Source of the DNA: Eledone cirrhosa
Taxonomy: Eukaryota
Length of the DNA stretch: 64,000 bases
NCBI GenBank assembly: GCA_964016885.1
Contig: OZ024757.1
Coordinates: 22,196,001-22,260,000 of the forward strand
Direction: 5' to 3'
Shown here: positions 49,812 to 63,590 of the stretch, piece by piece
Layout of the letters: each line of letters starts with the position of its first letter
Position numbering within the stretch: position 1 is the stretch's first letter
Notes under the pieces: generated by a model
Database searches by the model: none
What the model saw: only the letters and a program-made list of their open reading frames with translations
What the model was told of the DNA's origin: nothing
Made by a program: the position numbers and the translations under genes

Positions 49812-49966
49812 AAAATGTATGACCCCGGCGGCAGAGCTATTTCTGTCCAGAAATAGCTGTCGAAACAGCTTGAGCTCTACATTTTCCTATTACCCACTCT
49901 ACTACCCTAAGTATTGAGTACTCTGGTGCGTTATGGTCCATCTGGTTCCTTACCACAACTCCTTTG

Positions 49967-49968
<2 letters not shown>
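49808..49968. mobile_element. Second copy of the 10312 fold-back family
   Basis: Shares TAGGAA..GTATGACCCC, GCTATTTCTG/CAGAAATAGC-TGTC-GAAA and the tail TTACCCACTCTACTACC. Confidence 0.75.
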
Positions 49969-50018
<50 letters not shown>

Positions 50019-50235
50019 CTATACATATATATACACATATATATATAGAGAGAGAGATATATTTTAACTTTAATTATATCTCATAAAACAATACAACTGA
50101 CTTTTCCACATAATACATATTGTTAACACCCCAAACACTTAAATTGGGTTTATATTAAAATATAACCTAATGTTTGTTGAGTGAGATGGTTACCAGTCAG
50201 AGATTAGCTTTAAACTATCTCTGTTATTGTATTAA

Positions 50236-50313
<78 letters not shown>

Positions 50314-50696
50314 TATACACACACATATATATATATATATATTCGGGGTCTGCCACTTTCTGATAAAACAGTGTTTTTACAGGCAGTCCCTAAATCAAAT
50401 TTTCAATTTTCTATTCTCTTTTCCCAATCATCCATGATATGATTGGTTCAACGTAACTCTGTTATGTAATTCTGTGGAAGTTACCTAATGAGATCATCCA
50501 GCCTTGCAACATATTTGGATGATAGAGCTGGGTTATTGAAATATATAGTGGGATTTCATGGAATTAATATTTTAAAGTATATCTGACAGTCCAGCCTTCT
50601 GTTGTTGTTTTAATAAATACTTTACTCTGTACCTGGACCAACCACTGGATACCACATCTACGATGGAGGATTTACATAACGTTGAGTGCTTTGAGG

Positions 50697-50752
<56 letters not shown>

Positions 50753-50753
<1 letters not shown>

Positions 50754-51085
50754 GGAGGCACATGGCTTAGTGGTTAGAGCATTGGCCTTGCAATCGAAAG
50801 GTTGTGAGTTCAATTCTCAGACCGTGTGATGAGCAAAACACTTTATTTCACATTGCTCCAGTTTACTCAGCTGTAGAAATGAGATGATAGGGACTGGGGT
50901 CCCTATCATTCCACTGCAAAGTGGTCGTGGAGGTGCCATGGCAAAAAAGCACCCAGCACTCACTGTAAAATGAGGTTGGTGTTAGGAAGGGCATCCAGCT
51001 TTAGAAATCAAGCCAGAATCAGTTCCCGTCCCACCCTTGCAAGCAGGGAAAAGCGGACATAAAATGAAATGATGATGAATGATGA
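50753..51085 (+). mobile_element. SINE family B
   Basis: As at 17252. Confidence 0.9.
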
Positions 51086-51221
51086 TATATAAAAAAAAAA
51101 AAAAAATGATAAGAATCTTCAAGCAAATCAAATAAGACTGAAATATTTTCGGCAAAAAACTGAAGAATTTTCTTGACACCAAAACAACCATGAAGCAAAC
51201 TTAACTATGCTGACATGCCAT

Positions 51222-51450
51222 GGCATACCATAACACACCATACCATATGATACCACTCCACTCCATACCGTACTATACAATACCACACCAAACAATACCA
51301 CACCACACCATACAACACCGCACCACACTACATCACACCACACCGCACCACACAATACCACACCATAGCACACCACACCTCACTACATTACACCACACCT
51401 CACCACACCTCACCACACCACGCCACACCATACCACACCACACAACACTA
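51222..51450. repeat. (CACAC/CATAC)n pentamer repeat
   Basis: Degenerate 5-mer repeat. Confidence 0.9.
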
Positions 51451-51844
51451 TGCTATGCACATTTGCCATTAATACAACAATTAAGAGCATCTAGTAATTA
51501 TGATTTCATAAATGAACCGTAATTTATTTTTCCTAACTTTGTTTGTTGAGAGATAATATTTGTCTGGCACACGTCTAACTAGAGTTAAGAGTGTTAAATG
51601 TGCTGGAGACTTCAGATGTCTCATTATAGATGACTCAAGACTGAATCCTGATTCAGAGAGGACAGGGGGAGGGCTGGATGTCATTCTAAGACAGCTATAT
51701 CTTTGATTCTAGTCTGCAGATAATGGCCCAGAGATTAGCACAATTATGGTATATTCATAAATTTACATGTTTTATAGAAGCTGGGCCATGAATATATATA
51801 TATATATTTATTTCTTTGATGGTCCATGTATTTATATATAAATT

Positions 51845-52797
51845 GGTGCTGGAGGGCGGTATTGCTGGTGATGGTGGGGTGGTGTTGGTGGTGAGATGGT
51901 GTAGTGATAGTGATGGTGGTGGTGGTGGGGTAGTGATGGTGATGTTGGTGGTGGTTGTACTGGTGGTAGTGGCAGTGGTGATGGTGGTGATGGTGGAGGA
52001 GGGGTGGTGATGTTGGTATTACTGGTGGTGGTGGTGGTGGTGGGCAGTAATGCTGGTTGTGGGGGTGGTGGTGGTGGTAATGGTTGTTTGTGGTGGTGGT
52101 GGTGGTGGTGTAGTGGTAGCGGTGGTGATGGTGGCGGTGGTAAGCGGTAGTGATGACGGTGGTGCTGATAGTGTTGGTGGGGGTGCTGATAATGGTAGTG
52201 ATCGAGATGGTAGCGATGGCGATGGTAGTACTGGTGATTATGCTGGTAATGGTGGTGCTGAAAATGGTAATAATATTGATGGTATTGATTGGGGGTGGTG
52301 GTTCTGAGGGTGGTGGTGAGGGTGGTATTTGTGATGGTAGTGTTGGTGTTGGTGGTAATATTGGTGGTGGTAGTGGTGATGGTGGTGGTGGTGATGGTGG
52401 TAGTGGTGGTAATATTGGTGGTGGTAGTGGTGATGGTGGAGGTGGTGGGGATGATGGTGGTGGTGGTGGTAGTGGTGATGCTGGTGGTGGTGGTGGTGGT
52501 AATATTGGTGGTGGTAGTGGTGATGGTGGTGGTGGTGGTAGTGGTGATGGTGGTGAGGGTGTTATTTGTGATGGTAGTGTTGGTGTTGGTGGTAATATTG
52601 GTGGTGGTGGTGATGGTGGTGGTAGTGGTGATGGTGGTGGTTCTGAGGGTGGTGGTGAGGGTGTTATTTGTGATGGTAGTGTTGGTGTTGGTGGTAATAT
52701 TGGTGGTGGTGGTGATGGTGGTGGTAGTGGTGATGGTGATGGTAATGGTGATGGTGGTGGTAATGGTGATGGTGGTAGTGGTGGTGGTGGTGGTGGC
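51845..52797. repeat. (GGT)n tract with higher-order duplications
   Basis: Degenerate triplets; GAGGGTGTTATTTGTGATGGTAGTGTTGG recurs. Confidence 0.95.
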
Positions 52798-53114
52798 CCT
52801 AGATGACATAGGATTGAAGAGACTGTGAGGTGTGGTGTGGGGAGAACAAAATTATAGAGAAATTTAATTTATCTCTCTTTCTTCATGAATAATCAACATT
52901 TTGCTAGGCCTTGAGCTAATCCTTTTCACTGCCTTGTCTTTGATTCCCTACCATTAAAGAGTTGTTATCATTTTTTTGCCTTTGGGGACCATCTTTTTTT
53001 AATAATTGGATGTAATTTCAGCAAAGCACACGCGTTTCTATAAGGATAGATAATTACATATGCATCTGAAACATGGAGCACCATTGTAGCTAATTTATGT
53101 AAACTATTCATAGG

Positions 53115-54125
53115 TCAACAAGTACTAATTTACTTCATAAAGAATTTGAACTCTAGGTTAGAGTAGGATTATTTTGAGAATATTAATATACAAAAGTGAA
53201 ATTCTTTGCTTCTGAGCCTTAGACTCACTCGTAAGGATCTCATGACAAATTGTAAGGACCAGATCTCTCTACAATCTAGAGCATTCCTGTGAGCCAAAGT
53301 TAATTGATGATATTCACATGTCATCATCATCATCAGTTTTAACGTCTGGAGGCACATGGCTTAGTGGTTAGAGCATTGGCCTTGCAATCGAAAGGTTGTG
53401 AGTTCAATTCTCAGACCGGGTGATGTGTTGTTTCCTTGAGCAAGACACTTTATTTCACATTGCTCCAGTTTACTCAGCTGTAGAAATGAGATGATAGGGA
53501 CTGGGGTCCATATCATTCCACTGCAAAGTGGTCGTGGAAGTGCCACGGCAAAAAAAGCACCCAGTACTCACTGTAAATGAGGTTGGTGTTAGGAAGGGCA
53601 TCCAGCTGTAGAAATCGAGCCAGAATCAGTTCCCGTCCCACCCTTGCAAGCAGGGAAAAGCAGACGTATGATGATGATTTCCCTGCTAGCAAGTGTCTAC
53701 ATTAACTAAGTCTGTATTGAAGTGGTACTACTGACCTCCCAGAAAGGCCAAGGATCTGCATCTCACTTATATATGGTTAACAAGAGCTCATTTACTTCAT
53801 AAAGAATTTGAACTCTATGTTAGAGTAGCATTATTTTGAGAATGATAATGTAGAAGTGAAACTCTTTGCTTCTGAGCCTTGGACTCAGATATCTCTACAA
53901 TCTACAGTATTCATGGGAACCAAAGTTAATTTTATGAAAATATTCAGAGATTAACCAGTGCTAACTTATTTCTTAAATAATTTGAACTCTAGGTTGGTTT
54001 TGTGTTAAGAATGCTAATGTAGAATTAAAATTCTTTGCTTCTGAGTTTTAGATACACTTGTAAAAATCTCTTGACAAAATATAAGAATTAAATGTCACTA
54101 AAATCTGAAGAGTTCCTATGAGATA
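53115..54125. repeat. Old triplicated ~180-bp segment interrupted by SINE B (53347-53678)
   Basis: AATTTGAACTCTA..GAGAAT..TCTTTGCTTCTGAG occurs at about 53143, 53804 and 53979. Confidence 0.75.
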
Positions 54126-54765
54126 AATTGTCTTAAGGAGACAACTAAAGAAAAGATATAGAGATGATATTGAAAATATTCAAATATCTTAGCTATTTAC
54201 TTTCTACTAAACCAATTTCTACTCCTCTTATAAATAAAATGATGTTTACTTCATCCTGATTGAAGATATTCCAAAGTATTTAATGGAAGTATTTAATCAT
54301 TTCGAAAAGTTTCTCTTATATTAGAGGTCAAACCAGTTCAAGTCAGTTAAAAATGTAACCTCCTTCTTCTTCTTCGCCCTCTTATTCCTGAGAGGGTCAT
54401 GAAGGTAGAGTTCTCAAGCACTCCTTCCAGTGGGTCCTGTCTACAGCAACTGTCAACAATTTATATATATATTTCAATAACCAGTGTTGGTTGATCCAAG
54501 CAATCAACAAACCACATTGTAATCAGGTGTAAGCACTCCACATTGTGGCCAGCACAAGGTATTACATATATGCTATGAGAAGGAGTATCAACAGTAAGAA
54601 AAGGAAGTTAGACAGTATCACATATTCAACTTCACCATAGCGTCAATGAAAAAGAATATGGTCAATCTAAGAATCAAAGAGGCCATTATCATCAACCAGA
54701 AAAATCACAAATAAATAATAGATTGGAAAGACATGAAACAAGACTGGTTATTATACATTAATTAT

Positions 54766-55262
54766 AAGGGCAGTGAATTGGCAGTATCGGTAGAGGGTCG
54801 GACGCCATGCTTTGACGCATAGAGTTACGGCCCTTGCCATTCTGAGTTCAAATCCCACCGAGGTTAACTTTGCCATTCATCCTTACGGGGTCGATAAAAT
54901 AAAGTACCAGTAATGCACTGGGTTATTGCTGGCCTTGTGCCAAAAAGTAGAAACAATATTATATATATAAACAATATTATATCATCATCATCATCATCAT
55001 CGTTTTACGTCCGTTCTTCCATACTAGCATGGGTTAGATGGGTTGTCATGTTGTGAGCAGTGTCTGGTCGGCTGACCATGCCTTGCTCATACAGGAACTG
55101 ATTCTGGCTTGATTTCTACAGCTGGATGCCCTTCCTAACACCAACCTCATTTACAGTGAGTGCTGGGTGCTTTTTTGCCGTGGCGCCTACACATCCACTT
55201 TACAGTTTACAGTGTCGGCTGGGTGCTTTTTTGCCGTGGCACCTCCACGACCACTTTATAGT
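54766..55262. mobile_element. SINE A (+, 54766-54960) followed by a SINE/RTE tail (-, 54980-55262)
   Basis: Family motifs as above. Confidence 0.85.
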
Positions 55263-55383
55263 GGGAGGGGTGGGGACAGATTGTATATATATATATCTAT
55301 TAGACTATCCAGACAGCTTCCAAAAATAATGGTTGCATTTAATAGGGTACGTCAATATTGTTTATAAAACTGTTTATATATTG

Positions 55384-55448
55384 TATTTTGTCTGATGAAG
55401 GCATACCATGTTTTAATTTGGTATCCCTGAAATATGTATAATGAAATA
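55384..55448 (+). ncRNA. Minimal type I hammerhead motif, apparently intact
   Basis: UAUUUUGU-CUGAUGA-AGGcAUACCA/UGGUAUcCCU-GAAA-UAUGUA-UA-AUGAAAUA. The downstream tail is also present inverted at ~28921-28978. Confidence 0.8.
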
Positions 55449-56133
55449 AATATGGTTTTATAAATATAGTTTCCATTTATTAATATCGTATATTAGTTTC
55501 TATATCTTTGTACTTTCTATTTTAATTATGTTAACGTTAAGAAGTTAACAAATCAAAAACATTTAAGGAAGCAATACGGTTATGAAATAATCTTATTTTC
55601 CTGTCTTCTTAAGACATTTTTTTTCAAAGTTAAAATTATTCTTTAAAAAATGTTCCATTTTCCCAAGCTAAATACAATTTGGTGATTATAAAGATTAAAG
55701 TTAGTATCTTTTAGCCATTGTCTATTACTATTTGAAAAAATTATTTTTCATAATGTATTTTCTATATTTTCATTTATATTTAAAAAAAAAAGATCTGAAG
55801 TCGTTTGAAAGTCTTTAAGTTGTTCATTTCAATTTAAATTATACACTTATCTGTGTATGTGTGCTGGTGTGTATATGTGTGGGTGCTGGTGTGTATATGT
55901 GTGTGTGTGTGTGTCTGTGTTGTGCAGGCATGTGTATGTGTGTGTATGTGTTTATTTTTTAATACAATAATACTTCAAAGGTCTATTAAATTTTATAAAA
56001 CACTCACACTTTGAACTGGTTAATGACGATGGCTGATGAAGGTGGTGGTGGTGATAGTGGTGTTGAAGATGATGATGATGATGGTGGTGGTGGTGATAAT
56101 AATGATGATGGTGATGAAGATGATAATGGTAAT

Positions 56134-56850
56134 AATAATTGTTTCTACTTTTGGCACAAGGCCAGCAATTACCCCAGTACATTACTGGTACTTTATTTTA
56201 TCGACCCCCGTAAGGATGAAAGGCAAAGTTAACCTCGGCAGGATTTGAACTCAGACCGTAAAGGGACGTAGCTCCATGCTTCAAAGCATGGCGTCTGACT
56301 CTCTACCGATACTGCCAATCCACCGATAATGGTAATAATAATTGTTTCTACTTTTGGCACAAGGCCAGCAAATTACCCCAGTGTATTACTGGTACATTAT
56401 TTTATCGACCCCGTAAGGATGAAAGGCAAAGTTAATAATGATAGAGATAAATACAATGATTATGATGATGGTGATGGCAATGATGATGATGGTGATAAAG
56501 ACAATGATGATGGTGACAATGATGGGTACCATGGTGGTGACAATGATGGGTACCATGGTGATGACAATGACAAGTACCAGTCAGGTTCTGCTGCAGATAT
56601 AACCAACTTTTCTGCCCTTCAAATTGCTGGCCTTCTGCCAATGTTAAACAGAATTATTATTATCATCATTGATAGTGGTGGATTGGCAGAATTGGTAGAG
56701 CATCCGACAACATTGCAGCATACAGTCACAGCTTTTTATGTACTAATCTCGCTGAGGTTAGCTTACCGTTTCATCTTTACAGGGTCAATAAAATAAAGTA
56801 CCAGTAACACACTGGGGTTGATTTAATCGGCTTTTCCCTCCTCCAAAATT
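56134..56850. mobile_element. Cluster of SINE A copies
   Basis: Minus-strand copies at 56134-56434 and a degenerate plus copy at ~56675-56850. Confidence 0.8.
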
Positions 56851-57016
56851 GTTGTCTTAGTTATTATCATTGTATTCCGAAACCCTGGTACTAAGCTATC
56901 ACATGGAAGCTACAAACATTCCAGAACAAAGAATTGATATATTATATACTTTATCATGAAATATAAATGTGAAGACATAAATGTGAAGACTAAAATCCGA
57001 AGAGGGCTCGATAAGG

Positions 57017-57053
<37 letters not shown>

Positions 57054-57072
57054 TAAAACCTTAGAGCAAATA

Positions 57073-57213
57073 TTTATTAAAATAACAGATTAAAGTTTAA
57101 GCAAAGAATCGCTGCTTTCACCTTTAACGGGATCTTCTCAGAGTTTCAGAAGATCCCGTTAAGGGTGAAAGCAGCGATTCTTTGCTTAAACTTTAATCTG
57201 TTATTTTAATAAA
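57073..57213. repeat. Palindrome with 66-bp arms and a hammerhead-like centre
   Basis: The arms have one mismatch and a 9-nt loop. The right arm reads cAGAAGA-UCCC/GGGU-GAAA. Confidence 0.85.
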
Positions 57214-57244
57214 AAATAAAAATATATATATATATATATATATT

Positions 57245-57912
57245 ATCATCATCATCATAAATATCATCGTTTAATGTCCATTTTCCATGCTAGCATGAGT
57301 AGGATTGCCTGTCACATTGTGAGAGATCCAGGTCAAAGGACCGTGTCTTGCTCCCTAATGCCAACCACATTTACAGTGTGTGCTGGGTGGTTTAGTCATG
57401 ACACCTGCATGACCACTTTATAGTGTGGACTCGGCACTTTTGTCACAGCTCCAGGGGGATCACTTTATTTATGGTGTGGGTTGGGAACTTGAGTGGGGTG
57501 GGTTTGGGGAATATGCCTGTGGAATTGGGGAGGTAGGTATGGGGGTGGGATGATTACAGCAAGGGAGGTATATGGGAGGGGAGATGGTCGGGAAGGTGTT
57601 ACCTACTAGATGTATGCCTCAACTCAAGAATATGGGAGGACGGGTCTTCTGTAGTATTGCATAGCACCAGAGATCACAGGTCTGTGTCATCACCTTAGTG
57701 AAGTATAATTGTGCAAAGTCAGCTTTTATCACCTCATCCCAAGTCTTCCTAGGTCTCCCCACCCCAAGGCTTCGATCAACTTTAAGTGCTTTTTATACAG
57801 CTGTCATCCTTCATACACATCACATGTCTATACCAATGCAATCTCCTCTCCTGGACACTGCATCTGATCCCTCTTATGCCTAATTTCTCTCACAGTTTGT
57901 TTATGCTTTGCC
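57245..57912 (-). mobile_element. RTE LINE 3' end
   Basis: Minus-strand GVGRPRKTWDEVIKAD-like motif, then UTR and (GAT)n. Confidence 0.8.
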
Positions 57913-57936
57913 GTTCGCATATATATATATACATAC

Positions 57937-58004
<68 letters not shown>

Positions 58005-58010
<6 letters not shown>

Positions 58011-58250
58011 CTGAACAAAAAAGAAAAACGAACACAGACATATACATATGAAAAATAAATACAAACCAGAATTGTGGTAACTACAAAATTGTGGTTTGTA
58101 TTTATTTTCTTGATTTATTCTTAAGTTGAGTCTGGCAAACCCTATTGTTAAAGCTAGTATTCTCTTCACCTTAGCGAATCTGGTCCCTTATGATTTGAAC
58201 ACAACATATGTATATGTCTGTGTTCGTTTTTCTTTTTTGTTCAGTTATAT
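58005..58250. repeat. Nested inverted repeats (46-bp outer arms, ~22-bp inner hairpin)
   Basis: 58005-58050 pairs perfectly with 58205-58250; 58052-58073 pairs with 58087-58108. Confidence 0.85.
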
Positions 58251-58329
58251 TATATGGCTCAGAAAAATCTCTTTCCTAGCTAATTTATTGTAAGAGACTA
58301 TTTTGAGTTTCTAACTCAATATATGCCTT

Positions 58330-58407
<78 letters not shown>

Positions 58408-58729
58408 AATTCCAGAAACCTATCAAAGATTTTTATTGCTTCATGTCCACACAAGATGGTCCAGGTCAGTGTTTGGCCTGTTTGTATATATATCGTTGTT
58501 GTTATATTATTGTATCAACATGGTTCCGGCCACTTTATTCTTGTCACAATTCTTTAACTTTTTGTGTTCACTCTGGGTGGAAATATATCAATTCCTCACT
58601 CATTGAGTGCTTCATGACTGCCTCTTATGATTCGATTGACATCTGCTATAGTGCAGCTGCAACTTTGGTTATACTCATATTATATATATATATTATATAT
58701 ATATATATATTATATACATATTATATATA

Positions 58730-58938
58730 AAGGGTGGTGAATTGGCAGTATTGGTAGAGGGTTGGGTGCTATGCTTTATAGCATAGAGTTATGGACCTTC
58801 ATGGCCTGAGTTCAAATCTGAGTTCAAATCCCACCGAGGTTAACTTTGCCTTCCTTTCATCCTTATGTGATCGATAAAATAAAGTACCAGTAATGCACTG
58901 GGATAATTGCTGGCCTTGTGCCAAAAGAAGAAACAATT

Positions 58939-58942
<4 letters not shown>
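58730..58942 (+). mobile_element. SINE family A
   Basis: Head, B-box and core. Confidence 0.85.
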
Positions 58943-58971
<29 letters not shown>

Positions 58972-59621
58972 ACATATATCTCTTTATTTGGTTATTATGC
59001 CTTTAGATAAAGTCTATTGAGCTTGCTTATTGAGAAACATAAAACTCTAAACATATCTGATATGTTTGATTCATTATTTGTATTTAATGGCTCCTAACCT
59101 CTTAACTTGTTGAGTTCGGAGGCTATAATCACTGCTCTTATTTCTAGTGGAGTTAATGTCCCCCTTGTGGATATCTATTTGTCTCCGGTCAAGTACCATT
59201 ACACCACGTGCTTCTCAGCATGGTGGTTGCGTTAGACTTAGCTGTGGATATTCCCAGGTATATTGTTTTATTTACCATCTTCATTCTATATTTCCCTGAG
59301 AATGTGAGACTAAACCTCCGATCAGTACCCGAGTCTCATGTGGTTTAATCATAATCAATAGTTTTTCTTCGATGATCGATTATATTGGTTGATATTTTTT
59401 TTTTTTTTTGATGATCGATTACATAGATCGATTTTTAGCCACACTCTCCAGGTATGAAATAGCGCAATAAGGTTTCACTTAACATTCCACCTGTGTATAT
59501 ATTCTTCTATAGAATATGTATTTGGTATATATGCAATATACTGTGTTTCTTGTAAAATATATGGCACTTTCTCTCTCTATATATATACATATATCTTTTT
59601 ATTTGGTTATATATATATATA

Positions 59622-60080
59622 TGATGCCTGTGTGAGGAGCGCGATGCTGCATGGTAGTGAGACATGGGCAGCACTTGCAGAGGATATGCGACGGCTGGAG
59701 AGAAATGAGGCAAGCATGCTCCATTGGATGTGCAATGTCAATGTGCGTGAACAACCCAGCATGGATGTGTTGAGAGAGAAACTGTGTCTGAGAGGGATAG
59801 AATGTAGTGTGCGAGAGAGGAGACTGCAGTGGTATGGACATGTGATGCGCATGGAGGTTGACCGATGGGTGAAGAAGTGCCAGGAAATGCCAGTTGAAGG
59901 AAGACGTGGTAGAGGTAGACCATGAAAAACATGGGCGGAGGTGGTGAGAACAGACCTCAGATCGCTGAAGCTCACGGTAGAGATGATGAAGGACCGTGAC
60001 AAGTGGAGAGATGCTGTGCTGAATAAGACCTGTCCCACCCTTGCAAGCAGGGAAAAGCAGACATAAAATGATGATGATGA
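59622..60080 (+). mobile_element. Relatively young RTE LINE 3' end
   Basis: RSAMLHGSETWA...RRLERNEASMLHWMC...RERRLQWYGHV...GRGRP*KTW; (GAT)n tail. Confidence 0.9.
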
Positions 60081-60081
60081 T

Positions 60082-60115
<34 letters not shown>

Positions 60116-60555
60116 CTTTTATAACTATAATGGACAGTTGTCTGTCACTATAGTTCCAGCTCCCTTTACCTTTGAAAATATAAGGTTTTCTGTGCGTATT
60201 AGATAAACCTCTCCTAGCATTTTGTTGAAAGATGGGTGAGAGAGGCAAGAATGACCCAAGTGAGTATATGCCTGTAAATTAAAGGTGGAAAACTGGGAGA
60301 GGGCACTTGCCCTGGTGGTCAGGGTCACCGTGGCTTTTTTTAATGGGCTTTCTCCACGAATGTCTCTCGGAAGTTTCCCCCCTATTGGGGAATTTTTCTT
60401 TGTTCTTTTTTTGTTACATCCTCTGTTTTTGTTGTTTTTAATTGCAGAAATGCCCTTTTGTACCGTCCTGTATTGTCCTGTATTGTCCTTAATGTCTTAC
60501 TTTGTGTAAACCCTTATGATTAATAAAGAAAGCATATTATATAAACCTCTCCTAT

Positions 60556-60755
60556 TGGATTTTGGCAGTATCGGTAGAGAGTCGGACACCATGCTTTCCA
60601 ACATAGTTACATCCCTTTACGGTCTGAGTTCAAATCACGCCGAGTTAACTTTGCCTTTCATCCTTACGGAGTCGATAAAATAAAAGTACCAGTAATGTAC
60701 TGGGTAATTGCTGGCCTTGTGCCAAAAGTAGAAACAATTATTATTATTATTATTA
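60556..60755 (+). mobile_element. SINE family A
   Basis: Head, B-box and core. Confidence 0.85.
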
Positions 60756-61465
60756 TGGTGGCTAATAAATGAAATCATTATTATTATCATTAATATTTAG
60801 GATGTTGATTACATTAAATCCAGGTGTCCCTATTGTGATGAAAATGAATTCTAATCCCATTTACCATGTTTACAAGTCAATTTAATAATAATAACAACAA
60901 CAACAACAGCCAAGGCTAACCATTCAAATATCCATTGCGAAAAAAAATACAAAAAAAAAGTATTTTATATAAATAAAAATATAAATGATAATTTTTTAGA
61001 TGTGGAGGAGGGAGGAGAGGGGAGAGATGAAGAAGAGGAAGAAGAAGTCAGTGGATGTATAAGGTGAGGGAGCAGGCAGAGAGAGGAGGGGGGGTAAGAA
61101 AGACAGGGGGAGATAGAAAGAGAGGGAGAAAGAGACACAGACAGAGGGAGGGAGAAAGATACAGGGAGAGACAGAGATAGAGGGAGAGAGAGAGAGGGAA
61201 AAAAGAGAAGGAAGAAGCCATGCGAATTTAGTTTCATAAAATGGTTGTTTACATCAAATATAATATTTGCTAAGAAATGGTGAAATAAATTTTCACAAAA
61301 TATATTTCCATCTATAATAATTTTATTTTTTTGTTTTCTTATTTCATTATTTTAGTAATTTATTCATATTTCTTTATATTTCTGTTATACTCAATCAGAC
61401 ACAAACATGCTGAAGTTAGTTTATAAGGTGAAAATGTCAGTGTCAGTATATATATATAGATATAT

Positions 61466-62044
61466 CTAGGGCGGGTAAAATTCCCGAGATCCATGGACGA
61501 GTTCTCTCCAGCGGTCTCTGTCCCTCATTATCGTTGCCATGTCCTGCGTCTCCAACAGACCAGTGTCTCTCCTTAGGGCATCAACATACGTTAACCTTGG
61601 TCTACCTCTTCCAGTGTGTCCATGCAGGGGCTCCCACAGGAGCACTGAGTGCAGTGTCAACTCTGGATGTCGGTGAGCATGTCCAGCTAACCTCAGTCTC
61701 CTCTGTATCACTTTTGAGCTGACTTTTGGGAGGCTCCCATACAGCTCTGAGTTTTTCATCCTCAGTGTATACTGATTAATGTTCAGAGCCATCCTCAACA
61801 TTCTCGTGTAGCACCCATCCACCATCTGAGTGAGTTTCTTGGTCAGTGTCCAAGTCTCAGACCCGTACAGCAGCACAGACTCCACTACAGCAATGAAGAG
61901 GGGGATCTTCAGGTCTTTATGAAGGTCCAGCTTCCACACCAATCTCAAGCTGTGGCACACCGCCCAAGCTTTGCTCTTCCTCTCAACCACATCATCTTCC
62001 GTATTCCCAATCTTTGCTCCCAAATACAGGAAGCCCTCAACCAA
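61466..62044 (-). mobile_element. RTE-clade LINE ORF C-terminal fragment (open over 192 codons)
   Basis: FLYLGA...VESVLLYGSETWTLT...YTRMLRMAL...RRLRLAGH...GRGRPRLTY...DRDRWR. Confidence 0.9.
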
Positions 62045-62101
62045 TTCCAGCGGCTTCCCGCCTACATTAGTAGAAGATGGACGTTAAATGATGATGATGA
62101 T

Positions 62102-62480
62102 ATATCATTGGTTGAATGGTTTTGTCCCACTTGAGGTAAAATTGGTCAGTAGACCATGTATCGCTTGTACAGAACTGTATCTGGCAGGCTTTCTACGACT
62201 GGATGCCCTTCCTAACACCAACCATATTTACATTGTGGACTGGGAGCCTTTATACCATGTCTCCTACACGACCACTTTACAGTGTGGACTGGGTGCTTTT
62301 TGTTGTGTCACCTACACAACCACTTCACAGTGGATGGAAATGGGAGGATGGAGTAGTGTGTGGGTTGGGGTGTATATTGGGTTAAGAGGAGTCTACTGAC
62401 TCTAGGTTTAAGTTTGTATGCAAGGGAAGGCGGGTCTTCTGTATAATTGCATAGTGCCAAAGATCTCGATCCAGTGACAT
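62102..62480 (-). mobile_element. RTE LINE 3' UTR fragment
   Basis: Homologous to 2285-2700. Confidence 0.8.
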
Positions 62481-62677
62481 ATATATATAATCATCATCAC
62501 CATTTAATGTCCAGCTCCATTATCCACTTTTCTAAAAAAAGTATATCATACACAAAATGCCAGCATCAATAGTTTTCCAAGAGATAGCAACATGAATGGA
62601 CCTGTTATTTTTCTCTAAAAACATTTTTTCAGATTCCGCCCTGCCCGTCCCTTCAATAATTTTAATTTCTCACTCTT

Positions 62678-62713
62678 TCTTCTGATGAAGGACTAGCGTC
62701 CGAAATGTTAAGA
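62678..62713 (+). ncRNA. Minimal hammerhead motif of the Penelope-like type
   Basis: UCUU-CUGAUGA-a-GGAC(UAGC)GUCC-GAAA-UG-UU-AAGA. AATGTT is probably a CpG-decayed AACGTT palindromic stem III. Confidence 0.7.
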
Positions 62714-62849
62714 CCCTCTTCCTGCTATATCAAGCTTTAACCTAATATATTCCTTCCATATACTGTACCGATTGCGTTGTTATTTGTGTTTTCCTTTTAC
62801 ATGCATATATATATATATATGCACATATATCATCATCATCTTTGTTTAA

Positions 62850-63059
62850 CCCTTTAGCATTCACATTACTCTATATATACTATTATATTTTCATGGTAAA
62901 GGCTTTACCTCACATAATTATCACATATAATATTGAATCTATGAGATTTTGAAAGTATTTATTTTGAGAACAATACCTTAATATCAGTTTGAGTGACCAG
63001 TTACAGCCAGTTTCAACAGAAAAAGGTAGAGAATTCTGGCCGGTTTGAGCATTAAAGGG
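62850..63059 (+). mobile_element. Complete 210-bp piggyBac-type (TTAA) MITE
   Basis: TTAA|CCCTTTAGCAT...TAAAGGG|TTAA, with TSDs at 62846-62849 and 63060-63063. Confidence 0.85.
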
Positions 63060-63066
63060 TTAACGC

Positions 63067-63098
<32 letters not shown>

Positions 63099-63105
<7 letters not shown>

Positions 63106-63590
63106 GGCATCAAAAAGTTTCCAAACTAGTTCTGTAGTGTGCCAACAGATGGCAACACAGAGTTGTGCATGCAGTGAGAGCTAACAGTGACCTTCAATCG
63201 CCAGTGTGCTAAGTGACATTCCTGTGTTCACTTTGCAAGTTGTGAAATTTATGTTTTTGTGATCATGTGTATGCTGTAGCCTGCAGTCTTGTCATGAACA
63301 GGAAGTTGGAAATGAAGAGCCAACGTGAAATTTTGTATTCTACTTGGGAAGTCTGCTACAGAGACATTGAGCATGCTTCAGCAATGGGTCGTACGCAATG
63401 ATTCGAGTGGTACGGGCACTTCTAAAACAGAAGACCATCCCTGGGAGACAACAAGCAGTCTAGAAGACCTGTCACGAGCGTCAGCTCTGGAAATGTGGAG
63501 AAAATTAATCAGCTTGTGCACAAAGATTGCGAGAGGAGAATGAATGATATTGCTGATGTTTTGAGGTGTTTCAAGGAAGATGTTCAGCGA
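63099..63590 (+). mobile_element. Decayed mariner 5' part (TIR-like end plus transposase HTH)
   Basis: RANVKFCILLGKSATETLSMLQQ, and after a frameshift FEWYGHF*NRRPSLGDNKQSRRPVTS. The end resembles TA..ATCAAAAAGTTTCC. Confidence 0.8.
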
